DNA of 64,000 nucleotides, taken from Yuukianura sp. NJ FZ-2021. Its lineage: Eukaryota. The translations under genes were made by a program, and so were the position numbers. Location: contig JAJCTO010000010.1 in the NCBI GenBank assembly GCA_046563655.1, forward strand, positions 124,001 to 188,000, in the 5' to 3' direction. A model generated the notes under the pieces. That model saw only the letters and a program-made list of their open reading frames with translations, had not been told where the DNA came from and searched no databases. Below, piece after piece: positions 26,501 to 38,420 of this stretch; position 1 is the first letter of the stretch; every line of letters begins with the position of its first letter.

Positions 26501-29414
26501 TTAGGGGTAAAATTGCTCGGTAAATTCACAAAAATGGCTGTATCTCAAGAAATATTGATTTCCGGTGAAATCTAATTTCGAATTCGGATTCACCGACTTG
26601 AAATTGATGTGAGTGCACTTTCAAAGGTGGACATTTAGAAAGGCAGTTTTTCTAAATTTTTAGGGGGTAAAATTGCTCGGCAAATTCACAAAAATGGCTG
26701 TATCTCAAGAAATATTGATTTCCGGTGAAATCTAATTTCGAATTCGGATTCACCGACTTGAAATTGATGTGAGTAGACTTTCAAAGGTGGACATTTAGAA
26801 AGGCAGTTTTTCTAAATTTTTAGGGGGTAAAATTGCTCGGCAAATTCACAAAAACGGCTGTATCTCGAGAAGTGTGGTTTTCCGGTGAAATCTAATTTCG
26901 AATTCGGATTCACCGACTTGAAATTGATGTGAGTAGACTTTCAAAGGTGGACATTTAGAAAGGCAGTTTTTCTAAATTTTTAATGGGTAAAATTGCTCGG
27001 CAAATTCACAAAAATGGCTGTATCTCGAGAAGTGTGGTTTTCCGGTGAAATCTAATTTCGAATTCGGATTCACCGACTTGAAATTGATGTGAGTAGACTT
27101 TCAAAGGTGGACATTTAGAAAGGCAGTTTTTCTAAATTTTTAGGGGTAAAATTGCTCGGTAAATTCACAAAAATGGCTGTATCTCAAGAAATATTGATTT
27201 CCGGTGAAATCTAATTTCGAATTCGGATTCACCGACTTGAAATTGATGTGAGTGCACTTTCAAAGGTGGACATTTAGAAAGGCAGTTTTTCTAAATTTTT
27301 AGGGGTAAAATTGCTCGGTAAATTCACAAAAATGGCTGTATCTCAAGAAATATTGATTTCCGGTGAAATCTAATTTCGAATTCGGATTCACCGACTTGAA
27401 ATTGATGTGAGTGCACTTTCAAAGGTGGACATTTAGAAAGGCAGTTTTTCTAAATTTTTAGGGGTTAAAATTGCTCGGCAAATTCACAAAAACGGCTGTA
27501 TCTCGAGAAGTGTGGTTTTCCGGTGAAATCTAATTTCGAATTCGGATTCACCGACTTGAAATTGATGTGAGTAGACTTTCAAAGGTGGACATTTAGAAAG
27601 GCAGTTTTTCTAAATTTTTAGGGGGTAAAATTGCTCGGCAAATTCACAAAAACGGCTGTATCTCGAGAAGTGTGGTTTTCCGGTGAAATCTAATTTCGAA
27701 TTCGGATTCACCGACTTGAAATTGATGTGAGTAGACTTTCAAAGGTGGACATTTAGAAAGGCAGTTTTTCTAAATTTTTAGGGGGTAAAATTGCTCGGCA
27801 AATTCACAAAAACGGCTGTATCTCGAGAAGTGTGGTTTTCCGGTGAAATCTAATTTCGAATTCGGATTCACCGACTTGAAATTGATGTGAGTAGACTTTC
27901 AAAGGTGGACATTTAGAAAGGCAGTTTTTCTAAATTTTTAATGGGTAAAATTGCTCGGTAAATTCACAAAAATGGCTGTATCTCAAGAAATATTGATTTC
28001 CGGTGAAATCTAATTTCGAATTCGGATTCACCGACTTGAAATTGATGTGAGTGCACTTTCAAAGGTGGACATTTAGAAAGGCAGTTTTTCTAAATTTTTA
28101 GGGGTAAAATTGCTCGGTAAATTCACAAAAATGGCTGTATCTCAAGAAATATTGATTTCCGGTGAAATCTAATTTCGAATTCGGATTCACCGACTTGAAA
28201 TTGATGTGAGTAGACTTTCAAAGGTGGACATTTAGAAAGGCAGTTTTTCTAAATTTTTAGGGGTTAAAATTGCTCGGCAAATTCACAAAAACGGCTGTAT
28301 CTCGAGAAGTGTGGTTTTCCGGTGAAATCTAATTTCGAATTCGGATTCACCGACTTGAAATTGATGTGAGTAGACTTTCAAAGGTGGACATTTAGAAAGG
28401 CAGTTTTTCTAAATTTTTAATGGGTAAAATTGCTCGGCAAATTCACAAAAATGGCTGTATCTCGAGAAGTGTGGTTTTCCGGTGAAATCTAATTTCGAAT
28501 TCGGATTCACCGACTTGAAATTGATGTGAGTAGACTTTCAAAGGTGGACATTTAGAAAGGTAGTTTTTCTAAATTTTTAGGGGTTAAAATTGCTCGGTAA
28601 ATTCACAAAAATGGCTGTATCTCAAGAAATATTGATTTCCGGTGAAATCTAATTTCGAATTCGGATTCACCGACTTGAAATTGATGTGAGTGCACTTTCA
28701 AAGGTGGACATTTAGAAAGGCAGTTTTTCTAAATTTTTAGGGGGTAAAATTGCTCGGTAAATTCACAAAAATGGCTGTATCTCGTGAAGTGTGGTTTTCC
28801 GGTGAAATCTAATTTCGAATTCGGATTCACCGACTTGAAATTGATGTGAGTAGACTTTCAAAGGTGGACATTTAGAAAGGCAGTTTTTCTAAATTTTTAG
28901 GGGTAAAATTGCTCGGCAAATTCACAAAAACGGCTGTATCTCGAGAAGTGTGGTTTTCCGGTGAAATCTAATTTCGAATTCGGATTCACCGACTTGAAAT
29001 TGATGTGAGTAGACTTTCAAAGGTGGACATTTAGAAAGGCAGTTTTTCTAAATTTTTAGGGGTTAAAATTGCTCGGCAAATTCACAAAAACGGCTGTATC
29101 TCGAGAAGTGTGGTTTTCCGGTGAAATCTAATTTCGAATTCGGATTCACCGACTTGAAATTGATGTGAGTAGACTTTCAAAGGTGGACATTTAGAAAGGC
29201 AGTTTTTCTAAATTTTTAGGGGTAAAATTGCTCGGCAAATTCACAAAAACGGCTGTATCTCGAGAAGTGTGGTTTTCCGGTGAAATCTAATTTCGAATTC
29301 GGATTCACCGACTTGAAATTGATGTGAGTAGACTTTCAAAGGTGGACATTTAGAAAGGCAGTTTTTCTAAATTTTTAGGGGGTAAAATTGCTCGGCAAAT
29401 TCACAAAAACGGCT

Positions 29415-29514
29415 NNNNNNNNNNNNNNNNNNNNNNNNNNNNNNNNNNNNNNNNNNNNNNNNNNNNNNNNNNNNNNNNNNNNNNNNNNNNNNNNNNNNNN
29501 NNNNNNNNNNNNNN
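29415..29514. other. Assembly/scaffolding gap of 100 N (true size unknown)
   Basis: Exactly 100 consecutive N. Both arrays are cut mid-monomer at the gap edges. 100 N is a conventional placeholder for a gap of unknown length. Confidence 0.98.
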
Positions 29515-32500
29515 TATGTAAGACGCAACGCCATGCTATGTAGTCAGTGAAATATGGCAAATTTCCAACACAAACTAGAACTCGTGTTTTTTTAATCGCA
29601 GTTGTGAACCCAAAAACTTATGTATCATGGGGCTCTCGCCTGCCTGAATTGCGATATATTGTAAGTGCCACATTGCAGCATTCAAAACGTTATCCCTGAC
29701 ACCGTTTTGTGTTGTGTATTTGACAGGTCTTTAAAAACATTTGTGGTACTTCGAATGCAAATCAATGCGTCGATTTTCCGGCAGCTACAGTCTGTTGTAA
29801 GAAGCAACGTCATGCTATGTAATCAGTGAAATATGGCAAATTTCCAACACAAACTAGAACTCGTGGTTTTTTAATCGCAGTTGTGAACCCAAAAACTTAT
29901 GTACCATGGGGCTTTCGCCTGCCTGAATTGCGATATATTGTAAGTGCCACATTGCAGCATTCAAACGTTATCCCTGAAACCGTTTGGTGTTGTGTATTTG
30001 ACAGGTCTTTAAAAACATTTGTGGTACTTCGAATGCAAATCAATGCGTCGATTTTCCGGCAGCTACAGTCTGTTGTAAGAAGCAACGGCATGCTATGTAA
30101 TCAGTGAAATATGGCAAATTTCCAACACAAACTAGAACTCGTGTTTTTTTAATCGCAGTTGTGAACCCAAAAACTTATGTATCATGGGGCTCTCGCCTGC
30201 CTGAATTGCGATATATTGTAAGTGCCACATTGCAGCATTCAAAACGTTATCCGTGAAACCGTTTGGTGTTGTGTATTTGACAGGTCTTTAAAAACATTTG
30301 TGGTACTTCGAATGCGAATCAATGCGTCGATTTTCCGGCAGCTACAGTCTGTTGTAAGAAGCAACGTCATGCTATGTAATCAGTGAAATATGGCAAATTT
30401 CCAACACAAACTAGAACTCGTGTTTTTTTAATCGCAGTTGTGAACCCAAAAACTTATGTATCATGGGGCTCTCGCCTGCCTGAATTGCGATATATTGTAA
30501 GTGCCACATTGCAGCATTCAAAACGTTATCCGTGAAACCGTTTGGTGTTGTGTATTTTGCAGGTCTTTAAAAGCATTTGCGGTACTTCAAAGTGAATCAA
30601 TGCGTCGATTTTCCGTGCAGTTACAGTCTTATGTAAGAAGCAACGTCATGCTATGTAATCAGTGAAATATGGCAAATTTCCAACACAAACTAGAACTCGT
30701 GTTTTTTAATCGCAGTTGTGAACCCAAAAACTTATGTATCATGGGGCTCTCGCCTGCCTGAATTGCGATATATTGTAAGTGCCACATTGCAGCATTCAAA
30801 ACGTTATCCCTGACACCGTTTTGTGTTGTGTATTTGACAGGTCTTTAAAAACATTTGTGGTACTTCGAATGCAAATCAATGCGTCGATTTTCCGGCAGCT
30901 ACAGTCTGTTGTAAGAAGCAACGGCATGCTATGTAATCAGTGAAATATGGCAAATTTCCAACACAAACTAGAACTCGTGTTTTTTTAATCGCAGTTGTGA
31001 ACCCAAAAACTTATGTATCATGGGGCTCTCGCCTGCCTGAATTGCGATATATTGTAAGTGCCACATTGCAGCATTCAAAACGTTATCCCTGACACCGTTT
31101 TGTGTTGTGTATTTGACAGGTCTTTAAAAACATTTGTGGTACTTCGAATGCAAATCAATGCGTCGATTTTCCGGCAGCTACAGTCTGTTGTAAGAAGCAA
31201 CGGCATGCTATGTAATCAGTGAAATATGGCAAATTTCCAACACAAACTAGAACTCGTGTTTTTTTAATCGCAGTTGTGAACCCAAAAACTTATGTACCAT
31301 GGGGCTCTCGCCTGCCTGAATTGCGATATATTGTAAGTCCCACATTGCAGCATTCAAACGTTATCCCTGAAACCGTTTGGTGTTGTGTATTTGACAGGTC
31401 TTTAAAAACATTTGTGGTACTTCGAATGCGAATCAATGCGTCGATTTTCCGGCAGTTACAGTCTTATGTGAGAAGCAACGGCATGCTATGTAATCAGTGA
31501 AATATGGCAAATTTCCAATACAAACTAGAACTCGTGTTTTTTCAATCGCAGTTGTGAACCCAAAAACTTATGTATCATGGGGCTCTCGCCTGCCTGAATT
31601 GCGATATATTGTAAGTGCCACATTGCAGCATTCAAAACGTTATCCGTGAAACCGTTTGGTGTTGTGTATTTGACAGGTCTTTAAAAACATTTGTGGTACT
31701 TCAAAGTGAATCAATGCGTCGATTTTCCGGCAGTTTCAGTCTTTTGTAAGAAGCAACGTCATGCTATGTAATCAGTGAAATATGGCAAATTTCCAACACA
31801 AACTAGAACTCGTGTTTTTTAATCGCAGTTGTGAACCCAAAAACTTATGTATCATGGGGCTCTCGCCTGCCTGAATTGCGATATATTGTAAGTGCCACAT
31901 TGCAGCATTCAAACGTTATCCCTGAAACCGTTTGGTGTTGTGTATTTGACAGGTCTTTAAAAACATTTGTGGTACTTCGAATGCGAATCAATGCGTCGAT
32001 TTTCCGGCAGTTACAGTCTTTTGTAAGAAGCAACGTCATGCTATGTAATCAGTGAAATATGGCAAATTTCCAACACAAACTAGAACTCGTGTTTTTTTAA
32101 TCGCAGTTGTGAACCCAAAAACTTATGTATCATGGGGCTCTCGCCTGCCTGAATTGCGATATATTGTAAGTGCCACATTGCAGCATTCAAACGTTATCCC
32201 TGAAACCGTTTGGTGTTGTGTATTTGACAGGTCTTTAAAAACATTTGTGGTACTTCGAATGTGAATCAATGCGTCGATTTTCCGGCAGTTACAGTCTTTT
32301 GTAAGAAGCAACGTCATGCTATGTAATCAGTGAAATATGGCAAATTTCCAACACAAACTAGAACTCGTGTTTTTTTAATCGCAGTTGTGAACCCAAAAAC
32401 TTATGTATCATGGGGCTCTCGCCTGCCTGAATTGCGATATATTGTAAGTGCCACATTGCAGCATTCAAACGTTATCCCTGAAACCGTTTGGTGTTGTGTA

Positions 32501-35500
32501 TTTGACAGGTCTTTAAAAACATTTGTGGTACTTCGAATGCGAATCAATGCGTCGATTTTCCGGCAGTTACAGTCTTATGTGAGAAGCAACGGCATGCTAT
32601 GTAATCAGTGAAATATGGCAAATTTCCAATACAAACTAGAACTCGTGTTTTTTTAATCGCAGTTGTGAACCCAAAAACTTATGTATCATGGGGCTCTCGC
32701 CTGCCTGAATTGCGATATATTGTAAGTGCCACATTGCAGCATTCAAAACGTTATCCCTGAAACCGTTTGGTGTTGTGTATTTGACAGGTCTTTCAAAACA
32801 TTTGTGGTAATTCGAGTACGAATCAATGCGTCGATTTTCCGGCAGTTACAGTCTGTTGTAAGAAGCAACGTCATTCTATGTAATCAGTGAAATATGGCAA
32901 AATTCCAACACAAACTAGAACTCGTGTTTTTTTTAATCGCAGGTGTGAACCCAGAAACTTGTGTATCATGGGGCTCTCGCCTGCCTGAATTGCGATATAT
33001 TGTAAGTGCCACATTGCAGCATTCAAAACGTTATCCCTGAAACCGTTTGGTGTTGTGTATTTGACAGGTCTTTAAAAACATTTGTGGTACTTCGAAGTGA
33101 ATCAATGCGTCGATTTTCCGGCAGTTACAGTCTTTTGTAAGAAGCAACGTCATGCTATGTAATCAGTGAAATATGGCAAATTTCCAACACAAACTAGAAC
33201 TCGTGTTTTTTTAATCGCAGTTGTGAACCCAAAAACTTATGTATCATGGGGCTCTCGCCTGCCTGAATTGCGATATATTGTAAGTGCCACATTGCAGCAT
33301 TCAAAACGTTATCCGTGAAACCGTTTGGTGTTGTGTATTTTGCAGGTCTTTAAAAGCATTTGTGGTACTTCAAAGTGAATCAATGCGTCGATTTTCCGGC
33401 AGTTACAGTCTTTTGTAAGAAGCAACGTCATGCTATGTAATCAGTGAAATATGGCAAATTTCCAACACAAACTAGAACTCGTGTTTTTTTAATCGCAGTT
33501 GTGAACCCAAAAACTTATGTATCATGGGGCTCTCGCCTGCCTGAATTGCGATATATTGTAAGTGCCACATTGCAGCATTCAAACGTTATCCCTGAAACCG
33601 TTTGGTGTTGTGTATTTGACAGGACTTTAAAAACATTTGTGGTACTTCGAATGCGAATCAATGCGTCGATTTTCGTGCTGTTTCAGTCTTTTGTAAGAAG
33701 CAACGTCATGCTATGTAATCAGTGAAATATGGCAAATTTCCAACACAAACTAGAACTCGTGTTTTTTTAATCGCAGTTGTGAACCCAAAAACTTATGTAT
33801 CATGGGGCTCTCGCCTGCCTGAATTGCGATATATTGTAAGTGCCATATTGCAGCATTCAAAACGTTATCCGTGAAACCGTTTGGTGTTGTGTATTTTGCA
33901 GGTCTTTAAAAGCATTTGCGGTACTTCAAAGTGAATCAATGCGTCGATTTTTCGGCTGTTTCAGTCTTATGTAAGAAGCAACGTCATGCTATGTAATCAG
34001 TGAAATATGGCAAATTTCCAACACAAACTAGAACTCGTGTTTTTTAATCGCAGTTGTGAACCCAAAAACTTATGTATCATGGGGCTCTCGCCTGCCTGAA
34101 TTGCGATATATTGTAAGTGCCACATTGCAGCATTCAAACGTTATCCCTGAAACCGTTTGGTGTTGTGTATTTGACAGGTCTTTAAAAACATTTGTGGTAC
34201 TTCGAATGCGAAATCAATGCGTCGATTTTCCGGCAGTTACAGTTTGTTGTAAGAAGCAACGTCATGCTATGTAATCAGTGAAATATGGCAAATTTCCAAC
34301 ACAAACTAGAACTCGTGTTTTTTAATCGCAGTTGTGAACCCAAAAACTTATGTATCATGGGGCTCTCGCCTGCCTGAATTGCGATATATTGTAAGTGCCA
34401 CATTGCAGCATTCAAAACGTTATCCCTGAAACCGTTTTGTGTTGTGTATTTGACAGGTCTTTAAAAACATTTGTGGTACTTCGAATGCGAATCAATGCGT
34501 CGATTTTCCGGCAGTTACAGTCTTTGTAAGAAGCAACGTCATGCTATGTAATCAGTGAAATATGGCAAATTTCCAACACAAACTAGAACTCGTGTTTTTT
34601 TAATCGCAGTTGTGAACCCAAAAACTTATGTATCATGGGGCTCTCGCCTGCCTGAATTGCGATATATTGTAAGTGCCACATTGCAGCATTCAAACGTTAT
34701 CCCTGGACACCGTTTGGTGTTGTGTATTTGACAGGTCTTTAAAAACATTTGTGGTACTTCGAATGCGAATCAATGCGTCGATTTTCCGGCAGTTACAGTC
34801 TGTATGTAAGAAGCAACGTCATGCTATGTAATCAGTGAAATATGGCGAATTTCCAACACAAACTAGAACTCGTGTTTTTTAATCGCAGTTGTGAACCCAA
34901 AAACTTATGTATCATGGGGCTCTCGCCTGCCTGAATTGCGATATATTGTAAGTGCCACATTGCAGCATTCAAAACGTTATCCCTGAAACCGTTTGGTGTT
35001 GTGTATTTGACAGGTCTTTAAAAACATTTGTGGTACTTCAAAGTGAATCAATGCGTCGATTTTCCGGCAGTTACAGTCTTTTGTAAGAAGCAACGTCATG
35101 CTATGTAATCAGTGAAATATGGCAAATTTCCAACACAAACTAGAACTCGTGTTTTTTAATCGCAGTTGTGAACCCAAAAACTTATGTATCATGGGGCTCT
35201 CGCCTGCCTGAATTGCGATATATTGTAAGTGCCACATTGCAGCATTCAAACGTTATCCCTGAAACCGTTTGGTGTTGTGTATTTGACAGGTCTTTAAAAA
35301 CATTTGTGGTACTTCAAAGTGAATCAATGCGTCGATTTTCGTGCTGTTTCAGTCTTATGTAAGACGCAACGCCATGCTATGTAATCAGTGAAATATGGCA
35401 AATTTCCAACACAAACTAGAACTCGTGTTTTTTTAATCGCAGTTGTGAACCCAAAAACTTATGTATCATGGGGCTCTCGCCTGCCTGAATTGCGATATAT

Positions 35501-37610
35501 TGTAAGTGCCACATTGCAGCATTCAAACGTTATCCCTGAAACCGTTTGGTGTTGTGTATTTGACAGGTCTTTAACAACATTTGTGGTACTTCAAAGTGAA
35601 TCAATGCGTCGATTTTCCGGCAGTTACAGTCTTTTGTAAGAAGCAACGTCATGCTATGTAATCAGTGAAATATGGCAAATTTCCAACACAAACTAGAACT
35701 CGTGTTTTTTTAATCGCAGTTGTGAACCCAAAAACTTATGTATCATGGGGCTCTCGCCTGCCTGAATTGCGATATATTGTAAGTGCCACATTGCAGCATT
35801 CAAACGTTATCCCTGAAACCGTTTGGTGTTGTGTATTTGACAGGTCTTTAAAAACATTTGTGGTACTTCGAATGCAAATCAATGCGTCGATTTTCCGGCA
35901 GCTACAGTCTGTTGTAAGAAGCAACGTCATGCTATGTAATCAGTGAAATATGGCAAATTTCCAACACAAACTAGAACTCGTGTTTTTTTAATCGCAGTTG
36001 TGAACCCAAAAACTTATGTACCATGGGGCTTTCGCCTGCCTGAATTGCGATATATTGTAAGTGCCACATTGCAGCATTCAAAACGTTATCCCTGACACCG
36101 TTTTGTGTTGTGTATTTGACAGGTCTTTAAAAACATTTGTGGTACTTCGAATGCAAATCAATGCGTCGATTTTCCGGCAGTTACAGTTTGTTGTAAGAAG
36201 CAACGTCATGCTATGTAATCAGTGAAATATGGCAAATTTCCAACACAAACTAGAACTCGTGTTTTTTTAATCGCAGTTGTGAACCCAAAAACTTATGTAT
36301 CATGGGGCTTTCGCCTGCCTGAATTGCGATATATTGTAAGTGCCACATTGCAGCATTCAAACGTTATCCCTGAAACCGTTTGGTGTTGTGTATTTGACAG
36401 GTCTTTAAAAACATTTGTGGTACTTCGAATGCGAATCAATGCGTCGATTTTCCGGCAGTTACAGTCTTTTGTAAGAAGCAACGTCATGCTATGTAATCAG
36501 TGAAATATGGCAAATTTCCAACACAAACTAGAACTCGTGTTTTTTTAATCGCAGTTGTGAACCCAAAAACTTATGTATCATGGGGCTCTCGCCTGCCTGA
36601 ATTGCGATATATTGTAAGTGCCACATTGCAGCATTCAAACGTTATCCCTGAAACCGTTTGGTGTTGTGTATTTGACAGGTCTTTAAAAACATTTGTGGTA
36701 CTTCAAAGTGAATCAATGCGTCGATTTTCCGGCAGTTACAGTCTTTTGTAAGAAGCAACGTCATGCTATGTAATCAGTGAAATATTGCAAATTTCCAACA
36801 CAAACTAGAACTCGTGTTTTTTTTTAATCGCAGTTGTGAACCCAAAAACTTATGTATCATGGGGCTCTCGCCTGCCTGAATTGCGATATATTGTAAGTGC
36901 CACATTGCAGCATTCAAACGTTATCCCTGAAACCGTTTGGTGTTGTGTATTTGACAGGTCTTTAAAAACATTTGTGGTACTTCAAAGTGAATCAATGCGT
37001 CGATTTTCCGGCAGTTACAGTCTTATGTAAGAAGCAACGTCATGCTATGTAATCAGTGAAATATGGCAAATTTCCAACACAAACTAGAACTCGTGTTTTT
37101 TTAATCGCAGTTGTGAACCCAAAAACTTATGTATCATGGGGCTCTCGCCTGCCTGAATTGCGATATATTGTAAGTGCCACATTGCAGCATTCAAAACGTT
37201 ATCCGTGAAACCGTTTGGTGTTGTGTATTTGACAGGTCTTTAAAAACATTTGTGGTACTTCAAAGTGAATCAATGCGTCGATTTTCCGGCAGTTACAGTC
37301 TTTTGTAAGAAGCAACGTCATGCTATGTAATCAGTGAAATATGGCAAATTTCCAACACAAACTAGAACTCGTGTTTTTTTAATCGCAGTTGTGAACCCAA
37401 AAACTTATGTATCATGGGGCTCTCGCCTGCCTGAATTGCGATATATTGTAAGTGCCACATTGCAGCATTCAAACGTTATCCCTGAAACCGTTTGGTGTTG
37501 TGTATTTGACAGGTCTTTAAAAACATTTGTGGTACTTCAAAGTGAATCAATGCGTCGATTTTCCGGCAGTTACAGTCTGTTGTAAGAAGCAACGTCATGC
37601 TATGTAATCA

Positions 37611-38420
37611 GTGAAATATGGCAAATTTCCAACACAAACTAGAACTCGTGTTTTTTTAATCGCAGTTGTGAACCCAAAAACTTATGTATCATGGGGCTCT
37701 CGCCTGCCTGAATTGCGATATATTGTAAGTGCCACATTGCAGCATTCAAAACGTTATCCCTGAAACCGTTTGGTGTTGTGGACAGGTATTTCCAACGCAA
37801 ACTAGAGCTCGTGTTTTTTTTATTGCAGTTGTGAACCCAAAAACTTATATATCATTGGGCTCTCGCCTGCCTGAATTGCGATATATTGTACATTCAGCAT
37901 GTGCAAGACGCAACATGTAATCAGCAACGTCATGCTATGTAATCAGTGAAATATGGCAAATTTCCAACACAAACTAGAACTCGTGTTTTTTTAATCGCAG
38001 TTGTGAACCCAAAAACTTATGTATCATGGGGCTCTCGCCTGCCTGAATTGCGATATATTGTAAGTGCCACATTGCAGCATTCAAACGTTAACGTCCCTGA
38101 AACCGTTTGGTGTTGTGTATTTGACAGGTCTTTAAAAACATTTGTGGTACTTGATGCGTCGATTTCAGTCTTCAGTGAAATATGGCAAATTTCCAACACA
38201 AACTAGAACTCGTGTTTTTTAGTCGCAGTTGTGAACCCAAAAACTTATGTATCATGGGGCTCTCGCCTGCCAGAATTGCGATATATAAGTGCCACATTAA
38301 ATTGGTGTTGTGTATTTGACAGGTCTTTAAAAACATTTGTGGTACTTCGAAGTGAATCAATGCGTCGATTTTCCGGCAGTTACAGTCTTTTGTAAGAAGC
38401 AACGTCATGCTATGTAATCA
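37611..38420. repeat. Patch of four truncated or internally deleted 278-bp monomers
   Basis: Four monomer remnants span 810 bp instead of about 1112. 37611-37945 is two fragments totalling 335 bp, with a junction gacaggt|atttccaac at ~37787. 37946-38174 is 229 bp and 38175-38420 is 246 bp. Confidence 0.9.

Larger units (their letters stand above)
1..29414. repeat. Satellite DNA array 1: ~184 tandem head-to-tail copies of a 159/160-bp monomer; begins before the window and ends at an assembly gap
   Basis: Monomer starts (cggcaaattc/cggtaaattc/cggcacattc) at 1, 161, 321, 481, 641, 801, 960, 1119, 1278, 1437 and so on. The core ccggtgaaatctaatttcgaattcggattcaccgacttgaaattgatgtgag is almost invariant. 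Length changes come from the junction (ggggt / ggggtt / gggggt / atgggt). All copies are in one orientation and the ORF track has nothing inside the array. The first monomer has 59/160 G+C. Confidence 0.99.

Noticed and set aside
1..29414. CRISPR-like alternation of a palindromic constant block and a variable block
   Set aside because: The variable parts are point variants of one sequence, not unique spacers. The 160-bp period is too long, and there are no cas genes or leader.
29375..29560. 61-aa minus-strand ORF
   Set aside because: It reads through the N gap and is an artefact.
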